From the human T2T-CHM13v2.0 reference genome, Homo sapiens, in the NCBI RefSeq assembly GCF_009914755.1, contig NC_060938.1: a DNA stretch of 64,000 bases, one strand, 5' to 3'. Positions within the stretch are counted from its first letter, which is position 1. Each line of letters opens with the position of its first letter. The translations under genes were made by a program, and so were the position numbers. This document shows positions 30,298 to 43,161 of the stretch, one piece after another. The notes under the pieces are model-generated. The model saw only the letters and a list, made by a program, of their open reading frames with translations. It searched no databases and was not told where the DNA came from.

Positions 30298-30430
30298 CTG
30301 CCCGCTTCCCCTAGCGCAGCGGGAACGACGTACTCCGGCCCGGACCCCGCCGTCCGCCTCAACCAACCCCCAGGCGGTGGCGGCGGTGGCGGCGGCGGCG
30401 GCCGGACGGGAGGGGCGGGACGGCAGCCTG
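30298..30430 (-). other. SETD3: SETD3 non-coding exon 1 (5' end approximate)
   Basis: Strong minus-strand donor CAG|GTGAGT at 30297 inside the CpG island; TSS not determinable from sequence. Confidence 0.8.
30373..30402 (+). repeat. Interrupted (GGC)10 repeat in SETD3 exon 1
   Basis: GGC GGT GGC GGC GGT (GGC)5. Confidence 0.9.
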
Positions 30431-30979
30431 AGACGGCCCCGCGACCGCGGCCCAACGCTTCTCCTCCCGCCCCGGACCCCGCCCCCGGGCCGCAGCCGCC
30501 GCCGTTCATTGGCCCACGCTTCGGACGCATGGGCGCGGCCCCGCCCCGCCACCCAGCCGGCGTTCCGTTCGGGGTCCTCCCCAGCCAGTGGGCTGGCAGC
30601 TCCCGGGGGCAAGAGCGGCCGGCTCAGCCGCCGCCAACCACGATGTCGCAACTGGCTGCGTTCGCCCCCGCCAGAGCTTTGATTGGACGAATCTCGACCC
30701 GGGCCCCGCCTACGCGCCCAAGTTCCGTTAGCAGGTTCGGTTGCTCCAGAATGCCTTTTCGCCCCGAGGGGCGGGACCGACGGGATGGGCCCTGTGGCTG
30801 GCTCCTCCCTCTGTAAGCAGCAGCCACTGACCCGCGGGGCGGGCGGGGAGGAGAGCGGCGGCTCGTTCCTCTTTTGAGAGCTCTGCTTTCTTCCCATTGG
30901 TTGACAGGCATCCTACTCTCTCCGCCCCTCCGGTCGCTTGGTGGCGTCTCAGGACGCAGCGTGATGACGTAGGTCCCCG

Positions 30980-31049
30980 ACATTCCATATACAAGATGGC
31001 CGCAGTCGGCAAGGAGAGACGTCGCTGAGGGGCTTGCCTGAAGCGAGGG
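30980..31049 (+). other. CCNK: CCNK non-coding exon 1 (5' end approximate)
   Basis: Donor GGG|GTGAGT at 31050, just downstream of CRE and YY1 motifs in the CpG island. Confidence 0.82.
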
Positions 31050-32815
31050 GTGAGTGACCCACCGACTGAGGGCAGCGCCGCCCACCTCCCGCGTATCTGG
31101 AGGTCGGAGTAGGTTATGGCCAACCGCCGCTATCCACTGGCGGAGTCTCTCTTTCCGGATTCTGCCTCCCTCCGCTAACCTCCGGTACACATTGAACTTT
31201 GCGGGCGACGCGGGGTTGTGGGGCGGGCGTGTAGAGAGGGTCTGAGGCGCCGGGGCGGGGCAGGGAGGCCGGACTCACCCTAGAACTGGTAGCGGCCCTC
31301 GCACTGGGGGGCAGTCAGAGTTGGGGAACTTTCTAGGGGTTGGGCAAAAGGGGCAGCGGTGTTAACCGCGCACAGTCTCACAGCCACAGACTTCTCATAT
31401 CTCCCCGATTATTTCGCGGCGTATTAGTCCCAACCTTGGCTAGGCCTGAAACTTTTTGGAGGTTGTTCCATGTCTAGGGTACTCCGACTTTGGAGTTTTG
31501 GAGAGCCACGTAACGAGGGTGCGGCTAAGATGAGGAAAAGGCACTTCCGGGATTAGATTTCGTTCTTGCCCAGACATCGTCTTTACGGACCCGCTCCTGG
31601 TGGTTGATTTGGTTTGTTATGAGAGAAATTGTTCTTTAGAAAATTGGAGCGTAAGTCTAGAGGTTATGTGACAGCTCCTAAACGATTGTCTGCCCAAGAT
31701 AGGCTCGGTAATGCTCCCTAAATTTAGACTGCCAGTTAAACGGAGCTTTCGCTAAGTCATCTGAGGTTAGGAACTATTTCTAAGAGCATTTCTTAAGGGT
31801 GGTCTTCTGTGTTTTTAGGAGAAACTTGGTGATGTTTGTGTATCTCGATCTAAATCGCTGTTTACAGATACCTAGCACAATGCCTTGCAGTTGTAGGTGC
31901 CCGCTAAAGGTTTGTATGAATGATGTTGCTAGAATGAAAGCGAGGAGCTTTCAGCGCCTAGAACACTGCCTGACGTTTAATAAGCCCTCTGTATTGCTGA
32001 ATGAAAGAATGGATGGATGATGGTAGTGGTAGTAGTATTGATAGACATTTGGATTAAAGTGCCCTTAGGATGCTTACCTGTTAAATAATCTTGACTATGA
32101 ATATAATAATTATCCAAGATTGTCTTATTCAGAGTGACCACCGCTGGTGTCTTTTAGGGTTTTTTTCCCTCTTTTATCTCATTTCGATTATATTGTGATG
32201 CATTATTCAAGCATATTAGTTGATTTCTGGGCAAATCCTGTTTAAATTTGTTCCATTTTGAAAATGTAGTTTGCACTAACAAGCAATAAAAACTATTCGA
32301 GTTGTTAATGAGGTTCTTAAATTTTAAATGCTGTTTCTAAAATTGAATGTCATAAAGAAAAATTGGTCATAGCTGTGGCCTATAAAATGGGCTAGTTCAT
32401 TTCAGGACATTATATTTGAAAGCAGTGACTGCTGAGTGTCTGAAAGGGAGGACAGTGTTTTCTGCTTGTTTTCTTTAAAATTGGATAAGGACAAAAAAAT
32501 CTAGAGGAATTAAATTCAAGGTAATTGAGGAGATTACAGAGTGATCATATTTTTAAGCTCAGGTAAATTGTATACCAGAGTATTTGCAGATGACTTTATA
32601 AAATCGTTATTCTTAGATTTTGAAAAATCCTAAAAGTACAGTTAATGATAGAAGACTAGAATCTGGTAAATGTCTGTTTTCACATAGAACCATTCGATGG
32701 CTCTTGGCTACTAGGAACCTATTAATAATCTGTTTTAGAATCTTGTTGGAAGAGCCAACAAGTTTATGAGTACTTGGGAAAGGAGAGCTGATTCCCTGAA
32801 GCCAGCAGAGCTTCA

Positions 32816-33125
<310 letters not shown>

Positions 33126-35280
33126 GCCAGGTGACACAAATCATATTTCCTTTTGTTACAGTTTACTAGACTGGTGGTGATTGGGGATTGTTGGACATAA
33201 GTTCATTTAAGTTTATTTAGGACATAGTCTTCCAACAAGATTCTAATACTGTGTGTAGACACAAGAGTTAAATGTGCATTGGATAAGGTGTGGTTAGATG
33301 GATTTATATCCATGCAAATTACCAAACCCGAAATGTTGATTAATGAGTTGATGTAAGCCTGGGGAGATGTCTTTGGAGATATGCTGCAGGACTCTGGTCT
33401 TGCCCTTACTCGGATTAACACTTTCTTAATACCAACTTTAAATAGATAAGCAGCGTGATTCTCAAGTTAATAAATGCACTCAAACCATGTAGTGATAATG
33501 AGCACATTAGATGACACTCAGAAATCAAAGATTTCTTAAAGGCTGAAATATAATAATAGGCCAGAACTGGCCAGATATAAATTTACTAGGTGAGATTGTC
33601 TCAAAAAAAATAAAAAATAAATAAATTTACTTGGTGTGATTACATTTACAAAACCTGAGTTTTCCTGGCTTGACAAAAGTGGTTCTAGGATGTAACATTC
33701 CACTTAAACAGAAGAAAAGCAGTGTCTAGATTGAGGGAAGGCAGTATCTTGGTATAAAGTAAGACTAGTTGTGATGCTGCTTGCTAGCTGTGAATTAGTC
33801 AGGTTGTTTCGTGTCTCTGGCTCCATTTTCTCAGTGATAAATTGTGAGGATAAGAAAACTAGCTTGCAGACATGCTGCAACGCAGCAGACACACAATGGA
33901 CATGTTACTGCATGTTAGTTACCACCCCCCTCCCATGTGCTATGCACATCATATCTGTTTTGATTCCTAATATTTAGGGAGGACTTGAAACACTAAAAAA
34001 AAAGAAAAATCATGATGAGAAAAATGGTTAGATTTGTTTACCCTAGAGAAGAGAATGTAAAAATTGCTTTTACCTGTTTGAAAGACAATCAATAGATAAG
34101 GGAAATGTATTTTCAAGGCTTAGTTTAAGGACCCTGGTAGAAGTTAAAGAGTCGCTAAAAGGTAGATTTCATTCATGCATTATTTTATGCCATCTGTGTA
34201 GCAGATCTAGGGGATGAACAGGACAGATAAAAATCAATATAGGAATACAGGAATTATGTGAACACCAGTTATTGATACCCAGCAATGCCATAGGCTGTTT
34301 TGTAAACTAATGAGGTTTCATTGATAAGTGGCCAAATATTACTAAGAGGGGATTTCGATATTGGGTGAGATAATTGAGTGGTGACATTTACTATTGTTTC
34401 CATAATTCTAAATGTTGAAAATATATTTAGTCTTTTATGATGTAAAATGATATTTATGAAGCACATTCCTGAAAGGTGCTGCTAAAATGCCTTGACAGGT
34501 TGCTTGTTTATGGATTTTCATTTTGCAGAGTTCATAAATCTCAGTCATTTTCAGAGGAATCACAAGCTACTAATGAGAAAACTTACAACTTTAGGGTCTT
34601 GTGAAAAAATAATTGAAGAGTAATAGGGAACAGGTTTATAGACCTGAGGCAAAAACTTTTTCAGGGAGTTCTACGATTTTGAGGACTGTCTCTATTCTGT
34701 TTATGTCCATAATATTTTCACTACATTTCATGAATTGTTTATATTCTGCCTTGGAACCTAAAGGGACCAGGAGTTTGGCCAGTTACAGAAGGTAAAACAA
34801 TTGAATATACTCACGATTTATCCGCTTGTGGACCGAGGTTCTTTTCCATTCCAGTTTCATCCCTACTGGGGTATTCCTAACACTGTTCCCCGTTCTGCCC
34901 CTTTCCCCTCAACAGATATCTTGGCATTATACTTCCTAGAGAATATGGAGGTACTCTTGAGATTTTTTAGTTACTTCCTCCCCCTTAAAAGATTATTTAA
35001 AAATATCTTTCTCAAACTTTTCCTTCCATTCTCAGGGGAAGAAAGAGCTTTCTTTCTAAGGTTAACTTTCTTGCTGTGCTTTTTATTATCCCTTGACCAG
35101 TTAGCCTCCCTTGTTCTGACTCCTCTAGTGATTCCTTTTTGTTTTTACTGGCTGCAGACATTTTTCATTCTCCTTTATGCTGAAAAATATATAAAAACCA
35201 AAACAATAACAAAACCTACTCCCTACTATTCCCTGTTACTCTCTTTGAGAACAGATGCCTCAAAAGAATAACCTATTTCC

Positions 35281-35444
35281 AGCCAGGCACGGTGGCTTAT
35301 GCCTGTAATCCCAGCTACTCAGGAGGCTGAGGCAGGAGAATCACTTGAACCCTGGAGGCGGGAGGTTGCAGTGAGCACCACTGCATTCCAGCCTGGATGA
35401 CAGAGGGAGACTCTGTCTCAAAAAATTAAAAAATGAATAAAAAA
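35281..35444 (+). mobile_element. Monomer-length Alu (left-arm start fused to right arm)
   Basis: 19-bp TSD aaaagaataacctatttcc at 35262 and 35441. Confidence 0.9.
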
Positions 35445-36854
35445 GAATAACCTATTTCCTAGTCTGTTCATTCTTTACCACCCCTTGCAGTTTCTACACC
35501 TTCTGCCCTATTGCACTTCTAAAAATGTTATTTTATTTATATGTGTATATATGTATTTTCTTGAAATATAATCCTATACCGTACAAATTACCCATTTAAA
35601 CTGTACAAATCAGTCGTTTTTAGTATTTGCAGAGTCATGAAACCATCACAATTTTCAGTGTCTCTAATAAACAACTAATCACCAATTAAAGTAAACTTTC
35701 CTTAGTTCCTTGTCCTTTAACTTTTCTTTAGCATTTGTCACTGTTGACTACCATCTCTGGTTTAAAGCTGACATCCCATGGTTTGTTTTGCAACAAAGGA
35801 TGCAAATTTCCCTACTTCTTGGACCAGTCTTTTTCCCTTTCTCTAATTTGGTGATTCTTAGTCTGCAAGTGGGTAAATCATAAGTGCATTCAAGTCTGTT
35901 TTACCTTCCTGTCACTGGGCAAACGCTCGCCTTTGGTGATTCTTCCTACTTGGTACAAGTTCACAGAGTTCTGTACCCAGACCCCTTCCTTCTTCACTCT
36001 CCATCCCTCCATCCGTCAACATGACTTTATAGTTATCACCTCTGTGTAGATGAACCCCAAGTAGATATGTTCTGTAGAGACTTCAACTGGCCTATTTATC
36101 TGTCTGATAGATATTTCCACAAAAGGATCTTAAAGTTCTTCAAGCTTAGTATTTATAGAGCCAAATTCTTTTCCTCCCTCCTTATCAAAACCAGCTTTTT
36201 CTCTTGTCTTATCCATTTGTCTTTTTAGTATCACCCTCTGTGTCAGTCAAACTTGAAATCATCTTTTTCCATTCTTTGCCTCATGGCCAATTATGACACA
36301 CACACCCCTTGTTCCAGCTGCCATTGTGTGGAGACAGGTGTATTAGGCATTACTTGAACTGCTACTATAATCTCCTAACTCTTCCTCTTTCTGCATACCT
36401 CTAAACAGCCCTTACCTCATTATGTTCTCTCCCCTTACATGCGTTATTATTTGTGGCACTTGATTCCCTGACAAATATTCATATATTTCTTTCTTATTGT
36501 CTCTCCCACTAGAATGTAAGCTTCCTGGGGCAAAGACCTTACTTATCTTGTGCCCTGCCATGCCATTAAGGCCTGGCTCATAGTAAATGCTCAGGAAATA
36601 TTTAAATGAAAAAGTACATGGAAAACTGTTAGGCGTATGTATATTAAAGTAGCAATTCCCAACTGTGAATAAATTGCTAAGATGTGCTAAGATATTGATT
36701 CCCTCAGCCAACTGTCCAGTTGCCTTCTGTTCTATAAGAATATATGTACATGTTTAACACTTATTAATAATCAAACACCAGAAACATTTACATGCCCAAA
36801 CAGTAGAATGTATAGATAAAGTGTGTTGCATTCATAGGATATAACTGTACTGTA

Positions 36855-37073
36855 CAGCAGACTTTCTCAGCTTTGGCACTATTGACATGTTGGACCAGAT
36901 AATTTCTTGTCATGGGGGATTGTTCTGTGCACTGAGGACATTCAGCAACATTCCTGGCCTCTACCCACACTAGATGCCAGTGGCAACCCCCCAGTTAGGA
37001 AAACCAGAAGTGTCTTCAGACATTGCCAAATGTCCCCTGGGGGGCAAAATTGTCCCAGGTTTAAAAACCACTG
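36855..37073. mobile_element. MER20 (hAT-Charlie) DNA transposon
   Basis: ttctcagctttggcactattgacat...cattgccaaatgtcccctggggggcaaaattgtccc...aaaaccactg. Confidence 0.88.
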
Positions 37074-38948
37074 CTCTGCGGCAGTGAGAATGAACAAATA
37101 CTGCTTTATGCAACAACAGGAATGAATCCCACGAACTTAATATTGAGCAGAAGAAACCAAATGTAAAAGTGGTACTGTGTCATCGCACAGTCCTTCAAAA
37201 ACAGGCAAAACAAATTGATGGAAATAGAGGTCAGAATAGTTATCTTTGGGAGGATAGTCACTAGGAAAGAACGAAGAGAGCTTCTGGAATGTTGGTACTG
37301 TTCTCTTTCTCAGCTGAATAGTGTTAACACAGGTGTGTTTACTTTGTGAAAAACAATCAGCCATACACTTATAATTAGTTCACTTTTCTTTTTGTATGCT
37401 ATAATTCAAATCACAGTGTTGTAATTTATGAAAGCAGTACCCACACATAAGCAAGTATTCCTTGGCTATCGAGGGATTGATGAAGATAAGGAGTCCTCCT
37501 GGTCTCCTATTCAGTCTCATCTGACTTTTTCCCCAACTTTTTATTGTATGAAAGAATAGTGCAATGACAACTTATTTACCTGTGGACACATGTTCGTTTT
37601 TTGCCATGTTTACTGTGTGGTTGTGTTTTAGCTGAACCATTTGAAAGTAGGTTGCAGACATCATGACACTTTACCCAAAATACTTCAGCCTTCATCTGCT
37701 AAGAATAAAGTCATTCTCCTGTGTAATCACAATATCATTATTACCCCCAAAGAAAATTAACTGACAGTAATTCCCTCCCTAATACCCTCTAATATACAAT
37801 TTATACTTAAATTTTTCCAAATTGTTTGAAATTTCTTTTTTTTAAAAAAAAAAAAAAAGCAGGATCTAATCAAGGTTCACACATTGCATTTTGTTGTAGC
37901 CCTCTTTAGCCTTTTTAAATCTAAGACAGTCTCTCAAAATGTTTTTTCATAACACTGTTTTGAAGAGACCGGGTCAGTTGTTGAGTAGAGTGTCTCACCT
38001 TCTGGATGTGACTGATAGTTTCCATGTTGTGCTTTTTTCACTTACTCTTGTACCACCAGTATTTATTGTAAACTGGAAGTTCGGTCAAAAGTTTGCTTAA
38101 ATTTAGGTTAAGCTTTTGGGGGACAAGAATACTACATAGGTAGGTGATATTTATTTCACATTGCATCACATCAGAAGCCATGTAATGTCAGGTTTTCACC
38201 CTATTAGTGATGTCAAGTGTGATCATTTTGTTAAGGATCAACTGTATTTTTTTTACAGTAGTTAATATCCATGCTAGCAAAGTCGCATTTATTATCAGTA
38301 GCATTTTATTATCAGTAGTTATCAGTGCTAGCAAAGTATTATTCTCTATATGTATTAATATTATGGACACTTGGATTGTATGTTCACTATTTTATGATCA
38401 ACCACAGTTATTTTTCTTTTTGCTATTCAAATTACCTTGGATTAGTCCAGTGGGCACCCATCATGGTGGCTCCTATGTCTTTTTTTTTTTTTTCCCTAGC
38501 AAATCATTCCTTCAGCAGTCCTATGTCTTTTGATAAGCTTTGATTAGTCTGAGTACATCCCAGGCAGGCTCCAACCCCAGACTGGAAAGAAACCTGCTTC
38601 CTTTTAGAGGGTATTGGTATTGAAAAAGTTAAGATTTCAGAATTAGGAGTGTCATTCCTTCTTGGTACTTGAAAAGGACAGAAATGGGATACATATATAT
38701 ATATTTTTTTTTAACCATGATTTATTTTGATATCTTCAGTTAAAGTTTAACATTACAGATTTGTTTCTTAACATTTGGTTTTCTGCATGTGTGCATTTGT
38801 TTTCTTTGCACTGAAAATCTTGGTTCCTAACAACATTAGCATTTACATATTTGCTTTATTCCACAACATGCAAAAAAAAATGTGTTTGAAAATTACAACA
38901 TTAATGACACTACTAACAGTACACTAATGAAGTTTTAAAATTTCGTTG

Positions 38949-39136
38949 GGGCCAGCCACTGTGGCTCATACCCATAATCCTAGCACTTTGGGAGGCTAGG
39001 CGGGAGGATCGCTTGAGGCCAGGAGTTCGATGCTGCAGTGAACTAGGATCATGCCACTGCACTTATAGCCTGGGTGACAGAACAAGACTCTGACTCTAAA
39101 ATAAGTAAGTAAGTAAATAAATAAACAAATAAATAA
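38949..39136 (+). mobile_element. FLAM-like Alu monomer
   Basis: Single arm with (TAAG/TAAA)n tail. Confidence 0.85.
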
Positions 39137-40211
39137 TTCTTTTCAGTTATTTTTGTCCTTAGAATATATCTCACTAAGCATGTAACAATATCAGAAATTA
39201 CTTGGAAGTAAGTTTCTGTGTGATTTTGTTGCCCATTTGGTTTGAGTTTTAGGATTTGCTTTTTTATTTTTAGTTAAGTGTATGAGTATGTTAAATATTT
39301 ACATGATTCAAACATCAAAGTTATAAAAGTACTCTGCAGGGAGTCAAGCTGAAAGAGCACCTAATGGCCACATTGGAATAATTTGAGCAACAAAATAAAT
39401 AATGATAGTATTGGATTATAACCCAAAGAATAAAATACTCATGTCTGTACTAAAGTAAATAAACAAATGGGAGAGAAGAAACAAATATTAACAAAATGAT
39501 TCCAAATAATAAATGTTGAAGCAGTGAAGGAAATAGAAAGTCACCATTAGAACACCACAGTTGTAATCGTCTCAGGTGAATGCTAAAATTAGTAGATGAA
39601 ACTTGAAGGAGAAATAGACATTTGTATAGTATTTTGCATTGTAAAATATTTCCCCCAAAATATTTACTTACTAGTGGGTGGTTTTAACATATGTCCACAA
39701 TTTCTTTGATATCTCTGCCTCCAGAAAGTAGAGCTTAATTCCTTTACCCTTGAGTGTGGGCTGGACCTCGTGACTTGCATCTAAGGAATAGAAGATAGGA
39801 AGGGAAAAATAATAATTTACAGTGAGAAACCTGGTAGACTCCATCTTAACCAAGAGCTCATGGTTAACAGCAGTAAGTTGTTCTGATATCACCTGCACCC
39901 AAATATGATGTGTAGTTAATAGTGGTTATACCAAAGTTAATTTCTTTTTTTGGATAAATGAACCATGGTTATGGAAGATGTTTACATTGGGGAAGCTAAG
40001 TGAAGGGTATAGACAAAACTCATCTATCTTTACAGCTCTTCTGTAAACGTACAATTAGTTTAAAATAAAAGCTTTCATAAAAAGGCAAAGCTGTATAAAA
40101 AGATATATACATAGAGAAGTCTTGTTTCCATTCCTGTCTTTTCCATCCTGTTTTTCCCCATTCCTTATTGGTAAATATTTTTTGAATTACTTTAAAAAAA
40201 TAGAGATGTCT

Positions 40212-40511
<300 letters not shown>

Positions 40512-42243
40512 GAGATGTCTGTTTTTTCCCCTCCTTTCTTACATAGATGCTAACATACTGTGTACACTATCCTATACCTTGCTGATCTGGAAATTTCTCC
40601 ATCCAGTACTTAACGATGTTTCTCATTCTTTTTAATAGCTGTGGGGTATGCTATTGTGTGCATGTGTCATATTTTACTCAGCCAGTCCCCTGATGATGGG
40701 CGTTTGGGTTGTTCATAGTTTTGCCATTATAAATAACACTACAGTGAATAATCTTGTGCACATGTTGTTTCATAGTTGTGACATTTCATAGTTAGGACAA
40801 TATTTTCAGAGTCGATTCCCAGCAGTGGGAATCCTGGGTCAAAGAGCAAATGCATGTGTAATTTTGTTGGATATCGTCAACTTCTCTGTGACAGTTGGAC
40901 CATTTTGTACTCCCACCAGAAGCTTATAAGATCACCTGCTTCTCTATAGCTTTGCCAACAGAGCAAATTGTCAAACTTTGGGATTTTTGCCAATCCAGTA
41001 GGTGAGAATTGTATCTCAGTGTGATGTCTGATTATGAACAGGTCATATTTTCTGAGGTTTTAATTAACTGGTCTCCCCCGCCCTTTGAACAGTGCCCAAT
41101 TTAATCAGTCACACACAAAAATGTAAATTATTAGTTCAAGCTTTTCTCCAGGTACTTAATTCTTCCTCTTGGAGGGAAGATCAGATTTCCTTCAGAGCTA
41201 CCAGGTGCAAGGAGGAGAATATTCAGCCCCACCATGTCACCTTCCCCACCAGAAATGAGGCAGATACACAGAAAAGGTTAGGTTTCCAGATGAACTGGTG
41301 GGAGCCCTGGCCCAGAACCTGGCCACAGAGCTGCTGTTTTCTTGCTAACCAGACTAACCTGGCTCCAGCCAGCTCTTTCAGAACCCTTTTGATACCTTAT
41401 TTGAAAGTATCTGCTGTCTCTGATCCAGGTTACAAATGACTTATTTCTAACAGTGGTCTCTAGATGAGATCCTTCGTTGTTGTTGTTTTTTTCTTTCTTT
41501 CTTTCTCTCAGCATGGAGCTTTTGGAGAGTGTCTTTATTCTGAGTGAAAGAAAAGGAAGAGGATGAAAAAGCAAGAACAGTTTAAAGGAGCTCCTTCTCT
41601 CATGGACCACTTCCATCCACCCACTCCCCAAATCACAAGATGCACATTTGGTTTACATCAGTGAATTCAGTGATTTGTGCAGATGTGAATTAACCCAATC
41701 CCATGACTTGTCTAAGTGAAAGTGCCTACATGGAATAAACTGAAAAGGGGTGCTGGATGGAAGAGATGGTTAGTTTTAGAACATAAATCTTTGTCAAGAT
41801 TAAGACAGGCCCAGGTTTTGCTGAAGAATGGAATCTGGACCAGCGTTAGAGGACCTGTATGTCTAGTGAAGAAAAACCAGAAGAAAGTGAGATATACTTC
41901 GTTTCTTCCAAAACTTTGTCAAATAAGGTTAACCCTTTAATCTCAAGAGAGAGGGAGGAAATAGTCTTATTTTTAAACTACCATGAAATTTGAGATTTAT
42001 TAATATTAGTACTGGGGTCATCTTACAGTATTGTGTTAAATTGGCTCTGGAGTTAGCCCGGGCTTGTAACTGGCAATTGACAGTGTGGTTTCTATAGGAA
42101 ATAGTGATCCCAAACCAGGTACAATCTATGATTCTAGATTGCTTATAGTATGGAGTATTCCTTTCCAACTTTGTTTTTCTCTTTCTCATAGGATTCTAAC
42201 ATTTTCAGAGAACCTTTTGGAAAGAACAAGCCTACTTCAATAA

Positions 42244-42440
42244 ATGAAGGAGAATAAAGAAAATTCAAGCCCTTCAGTAACTTCAGCAAACCTGGACCAC
42301 ACAAAGCCATGTTGGTACTGGGATAAGAAAGACTTGGCTCATACACCCTCACAACTTGAAGGACTTGATCCAGCCACCGAGGCCCGGTACCGCCGAGAGG
42401 GCGCTCGGTTCATCTTTGATGTGGGCACACGTTTGGGGCT
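42244..42440 (+). CDS. CCNK: CCNK exon 2 coding part ([66 protein letters not shown]); exon starts at 42192
   Basis: ORF track 42244..42501 matches the cyclin K N-terminus; acceptor catag| at 42191; 197 nt. Confidence 0.97.
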
Positions 42441-43079
42441 GTATCCTGACTCTCCTTGGAATCTGTTACAGATAGGCTCCCCACTCACCACCAAGAAATA
42501 ATTAGATTCTGTAGACAAAATATATAGTAATTTCTCTGTACCAGAGCAGTTCTTAAATATCTGTTTGAATGTTGTTTCTGGTGGGGGTTTTTCTCTTTCT
42601 GATTTGTCATTTTAAAGGTGTAGACTTAGCCACTGAGGAGGTGGCCAGCCAGGAGGATATGAGGCACCCATTAGGATCACAGTTGAGGCTGGGCACAGTG
42701 GCTCATGCCTGTAATCCCAGCACTTTGGGAGGCCTAGACAGGAGCATCCCTTGAAATCTGGAGTTCGAGACCAACCTGGGCTGCAGTGAGCCAAGATCAC
42801 ACCACTGCACTCTAGCCTGGGTGACAGAGATGCTGTCTCAAAAAAAAAAAGATCATAGTTGAAGTGTTTCTAAAGGGTGTTAAAAGTATAAAACTTCAGC
42901 TTGCTAATTCTTGTACCAGAATTCTGACACCCTGAGATTCCCATCTCATTACTTTGCCACTAATATTGTTTACTTTACCATTGATTTTGTTGTTGTTGTT
43001 TGTCTTTTTGTTTTTCTACATTTAACTAAGAGTATAACCTGTAAAAGTTATTGGTTAGAGTCCTTAACCAGAACAACAG
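42441..43079 (+). other. CCNK: U12-type (minor spliceosome) GT-AG intron, CCNK intron 2
   Basis: 5' splice site GTATCCTG; branch point TCCTTAAC at 43061-43068, ~12 nt before the AG; no polypyrimidine tract; joining restores GL|HYD. Confidence 0.9.
42687..42850 (+). mobile_element. Monomer-length Alu within the U12 intron
   Basis: TSD gatcacagttga / gatcatagttga. Confidence 0.88.
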
Positions 43080-43161
43080 ACACTATGATACCCTGGCAAC
43101 TGGAATAATTTATTTTCATCGCTTCTATATGTTTCATTCCTTCAAGCAATTCCCAAGATAT
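43080..43161 (+). CDS. CCNK: CCNK exon 3 ([27 protein letters not shown])
   Basis: 82 nt, donor T|gtaagt; cyclin box motif YFHRFY. Confidence 0.96.

Larger units (their letters stand above)
29380..31600. promoter_or_regulatory. CpG island / bidirectional promoter shared by SETD3 (-) and CCNK (+)
   Basis: Very GC- and CpG-rich; ATTGG (CCAAT) boxes at 30508, 30682, 30896; multiple GC boxes; CRE-like TGACGT at 30965; YY1-like AAGATGGCCG at 30993; divergent first exons ~550 bp apart. Confidence 0.92.

Noticed and set aside
29250-31245. Many long overlapping ORFs (up to 342 aa) on both strands
   Set aside because: Expected from stop-codon scarcity in a CpG island; low-complexity R/G/P/A translations with no recognisable domain
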